Source: Eledone cirrhosa (taxonomy: Eukaryota). Taken from it: a DNA stretch of 64,000 nucleotides. The first letter of the stretch is position 1. Every line of letters begins with the position of its first letter. The stretch is taken from positions 62,000,001 to 62,064,000 of the forward strand of contig OZ024742.1 of NCBI GenBank assembly GCA_964016885.1. The letters run 5' to 3'. Below are positions 52,420-64,000 of this stretch, in pieces. A program made the translations under genes and the position numbers. The notes beneath the pieces are model-generated. The model did no database searches. It saw only the letters and a list, made by a program, of their open reading frames with translations, and was not told where the DNA came from.

Positions 52420-53272
52420 TCTTCTTCGTCCACATATTCCTGAGAGGGTCATGGGGGTGCAGTCCTCAAACACTACTTCCAGTGGGTCCTGTCAGAAGCA
52501 AACATCTCCAGCTGATCCAGCTAGATCCCCAAGTGAGAACATGGACCCGAGATACTTGAACTTCTCTACCTGCTTCACTGGAATTCCATTTACATGTAGG
52601 GTGCACTGTGCAAACTTCCATGCGAGGACAAATGTCTCAGTTTTTGCAGCACTGATTTTCATTCCAGCCATGCAGCACTAAGCATCAAAACTATCAAGAG
52701 CAAGTCGGAGATCACCTTCTGTTGAGTTAAGTAACACCATGTCGTCTGTAAATTTCAGCTGACTGACTTTACACCTGCCAGTCGTGATACCTCTTCCAGC
52801 CCAGCTACGCATGTCAATCCTGATCATGTAAATAATAAACAGGAGAGGTGACAGTATACACCCTTGGCAGAGACCGTTTCCCCCATTGAATGGTTTCAAT
52901 TTAGCACCATTTATCTGAACACAAATACTTGGACATTCATATAGAGATATCAGGCAGCAAGAAACTAACATCGATCCCACACTCCTGCAAACCTTCCACA
53001 AGCCCCAAGGTATGCGGTCATATGCCTTTTCAAGGTAAAAAAAACAAGAATATACCTCTTGGTAATACTCCCACAATTTCTTGAAGACCTGTCGCAGTGT
53101 GGATATTTGGTTGGCTATGCTGCGTCTTGGGGCGAAACCAGTGTTCATCAGCTAGCTTGGACTCAACAATCTCCCTGCATTTCTTTGCCAGACACTTAGC
53201 ATAACACTTTACCGGGGAGGCTTAACAAGGAGATCCCTCTGTAATTGGAACAATTTCTCTTGTCTCACTTTT
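52420..53272 (-). mobile_element. RTE (Expander-like) RT remnant
   Basis: LEKAYDRIP, GLCQGCILSPLLF, FTDD. Confidence 0.8.
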
Positions 53273-53276
53273 TACC

Positions 53277-53487
53277 TAACTGCCCCTAGTTTTATGATGC
53301 ACAACTGTTTATTTTTTTGATTTATATATATAAAAAAAAAATTCCATCATAATTTTATGTGAGAATGTTTGTTCCAAACAGCAGCTTAGTAATAAAACTA
53401 AGTCCCTCCAAATTCTTAATTATTTTCAAATTATTTGAAAAGCATATGCAGTGACTTTTATCAAAAATATGGTAATGAATGGGTTAA
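53277..53487 (+). mobile_element. Recurrent AT-rich MITE family, piggyBac-like (related copies 46651-47143, 53660-54035, 54355-55722)
   Basis: Shared aaattcttaattattttcaaa...aaatatggtaatgaa.gggttaa; ccc...gggTTAA-like ends. Confidence 0.5.
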
Positions 53488-54599
53488 AGTGTTTTATCAT
53501 CATAATCATCATTGTTTTTACGTTGATTTTTCCATGCTGGCATGAGTTAGACAGGACTTTTTGAGGAAATGTTTTACAGTTAGATGCCCTTCCTGACATT
53601 AACTCTTTTAGTGCTTCTTACAACAGGAATGGATACGGTATACCTATTCTAAACTAGATACACCAGTTCATATATATCTAAAAACCTTCCATGATAATTT
53701 TATGTAAAAACCTTAACTTATAGTTCAAACAACTTAATAATTGTTTCTACTTTTGGCACAAGGCCAGCAATTATCCCAGTGTATTACTGGTACTTTATTT
53801 TATCGACCCTGTAAGGATGAAAGGCAAAGTTAACCTCAGCGGGATTTGAACTCAGATCATAAAGGGAGGTAATTCTATGCTTCAAAGCATGGCGTCCAAC
53901 CCTCTACCGATACTGCCAATCCATAATGAGACAATTAATTAGATTACTAAATGCCTGCAAATTCTTAATTATTTTCAAAATTATTTTAAAATTATAAACA
54001 GTCTTTCATTTAAAATATGGCAAAAAAAGGTTTAATGAAAGAAACTAAGGCTAAAAATTGACAAAATTTTAAGTGTGTTGGATTCATGGCCTTGCAGTAT
54101 TTATTCTGGCTATTTGAGTTCATAGTTCAAATTCTGGCATATATACTCATATATATGTCATACCTCCATTTTACATACAATATTTACAATGTACCATATA
54201 TTCTGAATTAAGGTTTTTAGACCCAGTAAATAACTGCAAGCTAGTTTTTCACAGTATTTCTGTGGGAAAATGTGCAATTTATACCCAAGTATATATAGTA
54301 GATATTAATTTCAACAGATGGCCAGTCTTATTATAAATATAGTCACTGAAGGTTTAACCATGATACCCAACTACTTCTGGTTTTATGATACTAGCTGTTT
54401 AATTTAAAGTGTCTATATTTATCTAAAGAACCTTCCATCATTTTATGTAAGAACGTTTGTTAAGTTATGCTCCAAACACCAGCTTATTAATCAGAGAGCC
54501 ATTTTACAAAATTTAACTGGCACTTTATTTTATCGATCTCAGAATTCTAATTTAAGCATAAATTAGATTAGATGTTGTCTTCCTGTTTCTTCTACAACA

Positions 54600-55615
54600 A
54601 CTACAACGGTACGCGATGGGGCCCACCCACAGCCCCAGCGGACAGAATGGAGAAGGCGTTTCCCCGGAGGACGGCGAGGGAGACTTGCTGGAAGAGCCAC
54701 TCCAACTCGCGGGGCTCACAACTGCGGCTGGCCAGCTCAGCGCCTATGGTGGTAAGGAGGTAGCCCTGGGGCCGACGACACCAGAAGTCTCCGCTGCCAG
54801 GGGTATGACCGCAAACCTGTCGAAGAGCGACCGGTATTTAAGGAGTTTGGCCCCCTCAGCCCGACATGCAGCAGAACCTGGGTCAGTCGCAGACAGCACC
54901 AGGTTGCGGCTGCAGAAAGTGTCGGTGCAAGTGGCATCCCAGACGAGGGATTTGCCACCGCGGAACGGGAAGATGGTCATGCCATCTGACCTTTTGCCGT
55001 CCCCTCGATCCAGCCCCACCGGCTCGAGCTGGGAGGGAAGCCTGCAGTGTCCAAGCCATGCTTAATGACCTCGTTGAGGGTAGCATGGCGTGGAATGCGG
55101 CCGGCACTGCTGTGGCAACAGGAAAGCGGGTGGAGGCCAGAAGAGTCAACGGTGGAACCGCAGCGACATTGGTGTGGCTGGCAGATCCGGAGGCCGAGCC
55201 TCAGGGAAACGCCGGTGCGCAGGCTATGGTTGTCTAGCTGTGTGCCAGTGGAGAAGGAGGGCAGGGCATGGAGCCAGGCACCACTGTGGGGTTTGAAGGC
55301 TGCACGGAAACAAGCAAGGCGGTGCTGGTCAAGCTGGTGCGTAAGCCTGTCTGAGGCCAGGCTGCACTGGATGGCATCCCAAGTGCGTTGGGGGGACTTG
55401 ACGTCAACAGGGGGAGATGGAGGAGGGACATTTACTGGGCTAAGTCCCAGCCGGTCCCATGTCTCACAGGCGGCCTCACGTTCTCTGAACACAGAGGGTT
55501 CTGTTGTGTTTTGAAGAACCTTGCCGACGAGGATGTGGCACGAGGTTACCGACGAAAGATACGCCGGAAAAGCTAGTGAGATCGGAGACCGGAGGCCAAG
55601 GCCGCCATACCTGAC
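54600..55615 (-). mobile_element. CRE-like non-LTR retrotransposon 3' part (zinc knuckle + restriction-like endonuclease)
   Basis: AWLHALP, LRLG, CRC..H.LSC, RH..LN, GKRSDG.T..P...G..LVWD.T..DT, LFQQVSLAVLRGNA; GC-rich, frameshifted. Confidence 0.75.
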
Positions 55616-55751
55616 ATGTAAAGTGGCCTGTTGCCACCCTGTAAAATCCTTCCAAATCCTTAATTATGTTCAATATTATTTGAAAATAAACGTTTTTTAT
55701 TAGAAATATGGTAATGAAAGGTTTTTCCTATATAGTCTTAAATATAAATAC

Positions 55752-56202
55752 CTTTTATTAAATTGTTAATAACATTTTTATCATCATGTTGTAAATCTTG
55801 GAAGCCATCCAAGTCCTCTGCTTCTTCGATAATTTTAGTAGTAGCTCTTGCTCGTAAAAATGTCTCAAATATACATGATGGATGATACCATTGTTTCATG
55901 TCTCCTCCCTCATCAGCAAATGGATTTGGCACAACTTTGCCAATCCTCAAAGCAGATTTTTCGATTTTGGTCTTACATTTCTTGCAACTGGATGTACCCA
56001 TCTTGGCATACATCACAATGAATTTGTTGTCGGCCATTTTACATAAACGTAATAACTGGAGAAAAACTGAATTATAATCCAAAAAGCTATGCAAGGGGTT
56101 GCAATGATAAGTTGATGTTCGGAAAAATGACAAAGGGTTTAAGAAAAGTCTGTTTGCTATAATCCTAGAGCATAAAACTGGTAGAAACCCTTGAAGCAGC
56201 AT
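55752..56202 (-). CDS. LIG3: DNA ligase 3, coding exon 1 (55-aa mitochondrial-type leader + PARP-type zinc finger)
   Basis: Acceptor tttgcag ends at 56216; ATG 56202 (MLLQGF...); second ATG 56037 (MADNKF...YAKMGTSSCKKC...WYHPSCIFETF.RARATTK), matching the LIG3 zf-PARP; donor GTATTT at 55751, phase 1. Confidence 0.95.
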
Positions 56203-56287
56203 CAAGCATTTTAACCTGCAAATAAATTGAAAAAAATATGTAAATAATTGAGAAATTAAAACATATATATATACACACACAGCTGGA

Positions 56288-57120
56288 TCATCATCATCAT
56301 CATCATCCCCGTTTTACGTCCATTCTTCCATGCTAGCATGGGTTAGACGGGTTGTCCTGTTGTGGGCAGTGTCTGGTCGGCTGACCATGCCTTGCTCCTA
56401 CAGAAACTGATTTTGGCTTGATTTCTACAGCTGGATGCCCTTCCTAAAACCAACCTCATTTACAGTGAGTGCTGGGTGCTTTTTTGCCATGGCACCTCCA
56501 CGACCACTTTGCAGTGGGAGGGTGTGGGGGCATATTGGCTATGCTGCAGCTTGTACCCATGGGAGGTCGGATATTCTGTATTACTGCGTGACGCCAGAGG
56601 TCACGGTCGTGTGTCATCGCCTTTGAGAGGTGTAATTGGGTAAGGTCGGCTTTTATCACCTCATCCCAGGTCTTCTTGGGTCTCCCCACACCGCGGATTC
56701 CATTGACTTCTAGTGCTCTGCACTTTTTTATGCAGCTGTCATCCTTCATACGCATCACATGTCCATACTGGATGCCCTTCCTAATGCCAACCACATTTAC
56801 AGTGAGTCCTGGGTGCTTTTTGTTGTGACACTTACACAACCACTTTAAAGATTGGACTGGGTGCTTTTTGTCGTGACACCTACATGACAACTTTGCGATA
56901 TATATGCTTCAGCTTTAGCCTGTGCCCATGGGAAGGCGGGTTTTCTGTATTACTGCATAACACTAGGGATCTCGGTTTTGTGTGATCGTCTTTGTGAGGT
57001 GCACTTGATCAAGGTCAGCTTTTATCATCTCATCCCAAGTCTTCCTGGAACTCCCCACTCCAAGGCTTCCATTAACTGAGCCCTCTGCACCTTTTTATAC
57101 AGCTGTCATCCTACATATGC
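56288..57120 (-). mobile_element. RTE-A 3' fragment (56288-56768) abutting an older RTE 3' fragment
   Basis: High similarity to 4610-5138; second fragment more diverged. Confidence 0.9.
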
Positions 57121-57448
57121 TATTACTATTTATTAAAAGACGAGGATTGGCAGTATCGGCAGAGGGTCGGACGCCATGCTTTGATGCATAGAGTTACATC
57201 CCTTGCCATTCTGAGTTCAAATCCCGTTGAGGTTAACTTTGCCTTTCATCCTGACGGGGTCGATAAAATAAAGTACCAGTGGGATAATTGCTGGCCTTGT
57301 GCCAAAAGTAGAAACAATTATTACTATTTTATTATCTATCTTTCTTTCTATACAAATTACTCCAACCCTCTCCTATTTCAGCAACCATTCGGGCACAACA
57401 CACACCTATGCCTCTGTATATGATGGTAGCTTTCAAACCTATATATTA

Positions 57449-57486
<38 letters not shown>

Positions 57487-57506
57487 TTATCTAGCAAATA
57501 AAATCA

Positions 57507-57653
57507 TAGTTCAGAGTTTCTGAAGAAGATGGCCAACTGAACACAGATTTCGAGATTGGAAATGGGTATTAATTTAACCACTTGGATGCTAGTTGATACA
57601 TTGATCTCCACCAACTAATCAACCCTCTGAAACAATCATAAAACAATGAACTA
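57507..57653 (+). ncRNA. Decayed type I hammerhead with ~100-nt stem II
   Basis: gttt-CTGAAGA-agatgg...ccctct-GAAA-CAATCA-TA-aaac; outer helix tagttca/tgaacta. Confidence 0.55.
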
Positions 57654-57714
57654 ACTACCTACCTACATTTGTCTTCTGTGTTTTTATTGTTCTACACACA
57701 CACACATATATATA

Positions 57715-58396
57715 TCATCATCATCATCGTTTAACGTCCATCTTCCACGGGTTTGGACGGGAGTTTTCCCACTTGAGGCAAGAGTGGTTGTCTTGCTCGC
57801 ATAGGACTGTCTGGCAGGTTTTCTACGGCTGGATGCCCTTCCGAACACCAACCACGTTTACAGTGTGGACTGGGGGTTTTTACCGTGTTACCTACACGGC
57901 CACATTACAGCGTGGACTGTGTGTTTTTTTATCGTGACACCTACACGACCTCATTTGTTTCGGACTGGATGTTGTGGTACCAACATAACTTCACATTGAA
58001 GGGGGTGATGTGGATGGGGTGGGGGTAGTGGGACAGGGGTGTATTTTTGTTAGAGGTGCCTACTGACTAGGTTTCGCTTTGTACTTAGGCAAGGCGGGTC
58101 TTCTGTATTACTGTGTAGCGCCAAAGATCTCGGTCCAGTGACATTGTCTTGGAGAGGTGTAAGTGTGTGAGGTCGGAATTTATCAAGTCGTCCCAGGTTT
58201 TACTGGGTCTGCCTACTCCGTGGCTACCGTCTATTTTTATCGCCCTGCACTTTTTTATACAGCTGTCGTCTTTCATGCGCATCACGTGACCGTACCAACG
58301 TAGTCTTCTCTCGAGTAAACAACATCTGATCCCTCTTATTCCTAATTTCTCCCTTAGTTCGTTTATGCTTTGCCATTCACGTATATTACTATTACA
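57715..58396 (-). mobile_element. RTE-B 3' fragment
   Basis: ORF 58085-58285, UTR units, (GAT)n. Confidence 0.92.
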
Positions 58397-59149
58397 CTAT
58401 TATATATATATAGACACATGAAAACTGCCCCTTCTTAACAGAAGACAGCCATCTCTTCAATGAATTCTCTGCTATTATGAACCACCACCAGTAGCAGGCA
58501 GCTAACCAGTTTATGACTGAACAGGCTTTGTTTAGGTCACCTTTTCTAGACCCTTCCCATGCGGTGTGGGTGAGCAGTGCATCCCCCCAAAAGAGCTGCT
58601 CAGATGTTCAAGACTCCATGAAGCATGTTGCTGTTTAGGTTAACAGTGATGTTAGGATAAAACTCGAGCTGCTCACGTGTAGATTTGTGACTATATGCTT
58701 CTAACCAATCAAGTCTGCACACATTGCCACTCCTTCACCACTGGGAGGGACTTGTGAAGAAATATCTGCACACAAAGCTGACATAGCACCCACTATCTCT
58801 CGCAGCTATGTGTCCAGTGACTAGTCAAGGCAAGATAACAAGACATTTACAAGGATCACATGTGCTATTGTCGAGTTTAACTTCTCAGAGGATGCATCTA
58901 TATTCACCATGCTTGGCCAATTGCAAGTTGGTGAGGCTATCAAACCCATAGTTGACTATGTGGAGCACATCTGACCTTTGACAGCTTTTGTTTTTGTGCT
59001 GCTGGGTTTCAACTTTCCATTTTCACAAGATCAGGGCCTGGTGAGGGAGTCGTCAGCTACCCAACCATGTAAAAAGGTTGTACTGGGCTACATGATACCA
59101 GTAGAAGGCAAACACATGACTTCCCACATACACACACACATACATATAC

Positions 59150-59903
59150 ATGATAGACCTCCACATGGTTCTGTCACTCATGGCAGTAGCTAGGTCCTGA
59201 ATGTGAACACCAGCATCTGTGGCTATGACATCTGGATATGTGAGCTTGCTGTGATTCCGTCTTGAGACAGGTACAGGTTTTCAAAGCACCAAACAGGACA
59301 CACGCATTTGAGGCCCTATGACAATGGCCAGCAAACCTCACCTTCCTTCTACATACAAAATCAGTTATATGCGGCAGACCATTATATATCTCTCAGGATC
59401 TTGTGTTCTCTCCAGCTTTTTTGACAGCATCTGAGAAATGATGTATAGGCTCCATCAAGATGTCTGTGTTGCTTGGCTGAGAGTGTCTCAAGTGTCACTA
59501 CCATAGAGTAGTATTGGCTGGATTGTGGCTTGGAAGAACCTGACTTTGGAGGAAATAGGAAAACTGGAGCACCAAATATAGTCTGACTTGTTGAAAACTG
59601 ACTGTGCTTGGGCTTTTCTGGAGGTAAAGTCCTTGCCAGAATTCATGATCCAGGGCCCGAGGTACTAATACTGCCATCTTGAACTTTGAGGATAACTTCA
59701 GATGAAGAGTTTGAGATGTATTCCGTCTTGCCTTCATTAAGGTGAAGGCCAATGAGGGCAGCTGCTTCATGAAGTGAAATAAGGTGATATTGGGTATTTT
59801 CCATGCAGTCTGCCAGAAGAGAAATATCATCAGCAAAGTCGAAATCTATGAGATGAGTTGAGGAGTGTCTGGAACTCCTTCGATGATTGAGGGTAATACC
59901 TAG
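59150..59903 (-). mobile_element. Degenerate RTE-like LINE (same broad family as 63281-64000)
   Basis: DFDFADDISLL, IGLHLNEGKTEY. Confidence 0.7.
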
Positions 59904-59928
59904 CACAGATTAAAAGTTTAAGCAAACA

Positions 59929-61445
59929 TTGGCCATCAGGGTCTCTAGCTCCAAATGTGAGCTCTGGGTGCTCAACCACCCGGCTTCTCAACATCAACAG
60001 ACAATTGACCTGTTTACAAAGTCCTTCCCTTCCACTGTGGTCCCTCCTCCGTCGGTTTGGTGCTCCTTAGGAGCCCCAATTACAGACCTTGCCTTTGAGT
60101 CAATCTCCAATCAAAGATTGTTCGCCTTGAGTAGTTACTGAAGAATATTGAATCAATCGAACCCCATCAAGGTTTTTTCATATTCAGAAACTACATTTTG
60201 ATTCTTAAGCTTCTATATATGCTCAGGGTCAGCCCCTGTCATAGATTTCCGTCCTGCCTCCAATGCTTTGACGACCTAATCTTCAAGAGACTCGAGTGCT
60301 TGGTCAATGTTAGACTCTATCCAGAGTCCCACGATCAGGCTACGATGCCCAAGCAATTTGGGGGTCTCAGTCTTCATAAATGCTCGCCCCTCTTTCTCTT
60401 CCTTTCCTCCACCCATGCTTGCTCCACCCTGGTGAGCAGCATCCTCTCCAACATGGACTAGTTCCAACAATGGAGTGAGTTGTGTTTGTCTGTTCCTGAA
60501 AAGGTGGAGGACAGTCGAATTTGGGACAGCATAAGTTCAAAGACCACCTTCAACTCCCTCTTCGACCAGTCCGATCAGTTTTCAAAGTACCGCTTACTGT
60601 CTGCCAGTGCCAGATACTCAGGTGACTGGATTGATGTCCTACCCATGGCTAACGTTGGTGAGCTACTCAGCCTGGACAAACTTCGTGTCTCCATCGCCCT
60701 CAGAGTGGGAGCTGACGTCTGTATGGGTTTGAGGTGTTGATGCAGCAAACTCCTCAACTCCACAGGGCTCCATGGTCTTTTTTTCAGCATGAATGCTGGT
60801 CGCTTCGTGCATCACACAGAGCTAAACCTTATTCTCAAGAGAGCTTTGGCCAAGGCAAACATCCTTTCAATCTTGGAACCATCTGGGCTGTCCAGAAGTG
60901 ACGGCATTACTTTTTGCTCCTGGTCGAGAGGCAGATGCCTTGTCTGGGACGTCACGTCATGCTGGACGCTGCGGTTAGGGCGAGAGCCACAGCTTCCACA
61001 GACGAACGGAACAGCCTGTGGCGTGTTAGTTGTTTGTTGCTACTGGCTGCGAGATTCCTATCTTCACTGGCAGCTCGCCTAACAGAGGTAACCGGTGAAG
61101 CTCGTGAGGGCGCTTGTTTGTTCCAGCGCATCAGCCTCGCCAACACCCGAGGTAACGCTGCGAGTGTGCTGGCTTCCCTAAAAAATCATTAGAAAGGTTT
61201 CCCAGTGCTCCTCGCGATACTGTTATCTTTTACTCAGGTAGCGGCTCGGCTGTCCATCCCTTTCGCCTGCATTTTGGTCCCAGATGGTTTCTTTTTTTCT
61301 TTTCTTTCTTTTCCATTATTTTTTTTTCTGTTTACCCTCTCCCTTTCCTTATATTATATTTGTTTGTGCTTTCGTTCTGTAAGCATCGTATTATTATATC
61401 TTTTTATACAACATTGAATAAAATCCTTTATAAAAAAATAAAAAA
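59929..61445 (+). mobile_element. CRE-like non-LTR retrotransposon, 5'-truncated, with A-rich tail
   Basis: LGAPI, KLLYMLR, GGL, SGDWIDVLP, LRVG, LEPSGL, LFQRISLA..RGNA; AATAAA and A-rich end. Confidence 0.75.
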
Positions 61446-61670
61446 TTCTGTTTTCACCCTGAAGATCCAGCTTTAGGGTGAAATCAGAAATTGTTGGCTT
61501 AAACTTTTAATGTGTTAATAAAATAAATAAATAAATATATATATGGAGGTGTTTATAATAACGCTGACTTAATATATAAACAACAAACATTGATGTGATG
61601 ACTCCATACTTGTGAAGGTTCACCTTGGTGAGATCAAAGCAGTAAAAAACTCAATACTAGTAGAATAAAA

Positions 61671-61700
<30 letters not shown>

Positions 61701-61707
<7 letters not shown>

Positions 61708-61824
61708 TTTTATTAAAGCTAAATAGTGAGTCTTGTTATTCTGGAGTTTGGCTTGCTTCTCACTTGAGAAACAGGCGAAACTTCAGAGTAAAGACTCATT
61801 ATTTAGTCTTAATAGAATGAATAT
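61701..61824. repeat. ~124-nt fold-back palindrome
   Basis: atattcattttattaa...cttctca ct tgagaaa...ttaatagaatgaatat. Confidence 0.88.
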
Positions 61825-61859
61825 TTAAACTCTACTTCTGTAATGAGTACTCTTTTCAC

Positions 61860-61983
61860 TAGGCCGTCACGTACGGATATATATATATATCGCATATGCA
61901 ATAACAATTTCTACCGGAACACGGGTTTTCGTGAGTTGCTACTCGGATTTTCTCGCTAACAATTCCCAGGCAAAGAGATATAT

Positions 61984-62020
<37 letters not shown>

Positions 62021-63130
62021 GGAAGGTAAAATATATATCCATACGTTTAGGTTTACAAACACGAGGAACATTACATGTATGTAAGTAGAACGGTTTAAAA
62101 TGTAAATTTCTTCGGTCCCAGTCAAATACAAAACGGAAAAAAGAAACATTACTTACGTCTTAAAGAATTTACTTAAACGCCCACATTATATTGAAACATG
62201 ACTCCTGTTGTTTATATTAAGAACCACTTTTTGGGGGTTGGAAAAAAATATATATCCACATGTATGTGTTTATATACACATATACCTGTATATTGGACTG
62301 TTAAAATTTGTTTTATATACATGTACGTATAGAATGGAAAGGGGAGATAAGTCTGTTTTCCTGGTTTATTCCGTCAATGATTGGTTTAGACTTTGTTGTT
62401 CTCTGGCACCACGTCTGAGCACCTGTCTCACATACCTATGATCAAAAGTCAGAGGTTTAGGGTCGTGAGTCAGCCCCAAGACAGTTCACTCATATAACAT
62501 TATGCCTTCTAGTCGTTATTTCTGGTAAGAGCTCAGCCGTAGAGCAGAACATTTGCAGAATGCTTTACACGCTACTACATACACATGCGCAAGCGCACAC
62601 AATAGCAGCTTTCATCATCAAAACACAAGAGGCTATCCCAGTTTATTTTTAGAGTTTCTCTTTCTATAGAACTATGAAACATGTTCAGACTCGTCTTTAA
62701 TATAAATCAATAAATAAACCATCTATAACATAAGACTAAAATTAATAGTGATGTAAGAAACTAATCTATAACTGAAAAACCCTTACATAGCCGTCAAGTT
62801 TTCATAGATATAGGACCGGTACTGACTTTTCGCCGACAAGGCAATCGTCTATCTCTAAAGTATCACAACCTAAAAGGATCGGTGTTTTATACAAATTTGG
62901 GTAATTTACTATTTTAGGCACTAGAACGCTATTAGCTGTCAATCGAGGCAGCCGATGAAAGCAAAACATCGTTTATTTCCGTATTACTACCACGCGTAAG
63001 TGGAGTTACTTAAATGAAATTTTTTTTTTTATTAAAGCATATATATGTAAGTGGAGTTACTTAAATGAAAATATAGGTGGCCCTTAGAAGGGCCAAATTA
63101 GAATATACCGCTGCGTTTTTACAGTTTCAC
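61860..63130. promoter_or_regulatory. Candidate LIG3 promoter / non-coding first exon region, possibly bidirectional
   Basis: Non-repetitive and visibly CpG-richer than the flanks; minus-strand GTAAGT donor at 62151-62156; plus-strand GTAAGT at 62996; LIG3 coding exon 1 begins with an acceptor, so an upstream exon is required. Confidence 0.35.
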
Positions 63131-63165
63131 TAGTTACACATACACACACACATATATATGTATAC

Positions 63166-63245
63166 ACACGGTGTCCCCTCCAAAATATATACACACTTTG
63201 ATTACTTTGCTGTTGAAGTGTGTATACATTTTTGGGGACACTGTG
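63166..63245. mobile_element. Tiny Tc1/mariner-like MITE
   Basis: cacggtgtcccc..caaaatatatacacacttt / aagtgtgtatacatttttggggacactgtg inverted ends. Confidence 0.6.
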
Positions 63246-63280
63246 TTTGTATGTATATATATATATATATATATATATTG

Positions 63281-64000
63281 TATGAGTTTTGTTTTAGTCT
63301 CATTCATTCTCAGCCCCACACTCATCGACACAGTCTCAACCTCCCGCATCAAATCCTCTGCCTCCTTCACTGTATTTGTCACCAAAACTATGTCGTCGGC
63401 AAATTCAGCATCCGATACCTTTTTCGCCCCAACTCTCCTGCTCTGAGCCGGTGCTACAGTAAAGCCAGTGTCCTGGTGTTTCTCCAGTGCAAGGCGCATA
63501 CAATAGTCCACTACGATGATAAAAAGGTAGGGAGCCAATGTATCTCCCTGGAGCACTCCAGCCAGTATCTCAAAGAACTCTGTCATCCCATCAGGTGTAA
63601 TGACTTGGGCTTTGGTGTTGGTGTAGAGCAGTGATATCAGGTCCACTATCCTCTTGGGGATTCCATAAGCCTGTAAGATCTTCATCAGAATGTTGAGAAG
63701 CCAGAGGGGATCACTAATGTAGGCGGGAAGCCGCTGGAATTGGTTGAGGACTTCCTGTATTTGGGAGCAAAGATTGGGAATACGGAAGATGATGTGGTTG
63801 AGAGGAAGAGCAAGGCCTGGGCGGCGTGTCACAGCTTGAGATCGGTGTGGAAGTCGGACCTTCGTAGAGACCTGAAAATCCGCCTCTTCATTGCTGTAGT
63901 GGAGTCTGTGCTGCTGTATGGGTCTGAGACTTGGACACTGACCAAGAGACTCACTCAGATGGTGGATGGGTGCTACACGAGAATGCTGAGGATGGCTCTG
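63281..64000. mobile_element. RTE-like LINE with 5' inversion (minus 63281-63688, plus 63687 to window end)
   Basis: Minus: LMKIL...GVLQGDTLAP...FADD...NETKTK; plus continues GKPLELVEDFLYLG...LLYGSETW...RMLRMAL. Confidence 0.88.

Noticed and set aside
54572-55703. GC-rich island with many overlapping ORFs as a horizontally acquired gene
   Set aside because: Explained by the CRE-like retrotransposon on minus; plus-strand ORFs are antisense shadows
56203-56280. ORF-track N-terminal extension of LIG3 (MCVYIY...)
   Set aside because: Starts in a microsatellite and crosses the polypyrimidine tract/AG acceptor at 56216, so it is intronic or 5'UTR
61585-61660. Possible decayed hammerhead (gtgatga...caaa)
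   Set aside because: Both core boxes would have to be mutated; too speculative

Overview
AT-rich, repeat-saturated animal genomic DNA; the tRNA-derived CORE/Meta SINEs, abundant RTE LINEs and long (TA)n arrays suggest an octopod cephalopod (inference). One host gene can be reconstructed on the minus strand: DNA ligase 3 (LIG3). It has 15 GT-AG coding exons with consistent phases from 56202 down to 13919 (664 codons: mitochondrial-type leader, PARP-type zinc finger, DNA-binding domain, KYDGER adenylation domain, start of the OB fold). Its 3' end lies beyond the left edge, and most exons are missed by the ORF track. The introns hold one intact PHD-finger RTE LINE (ORF 1705-4830) preceded by a higher-order tandem array, many truncated copies of three related RTE subfamilies (called A, B and C here), CR1-like, Ingi/Vingi-like and CRE-like LINE remnants, SINEs, non-autonomous Helitrons and MITEs. 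The most unexpected signals are: (1) five type-I hammerhead ribozyme folds, all antisense to LIG3, including a ~140-nt duplication-flanked mini-element split by a Helitron; (2) recurrent head-to-head 'twin-tail' RTE insertions; (3) a SINE that exchanged LINE tails at a CCCGT microhomology, at the same site where the LINEs appear to have gained their 3'UTR cassette; (4) a twin-priming-type inversion in an RTE-like element. All analysis was by eye; identities, folds and family names need computational confirmation.
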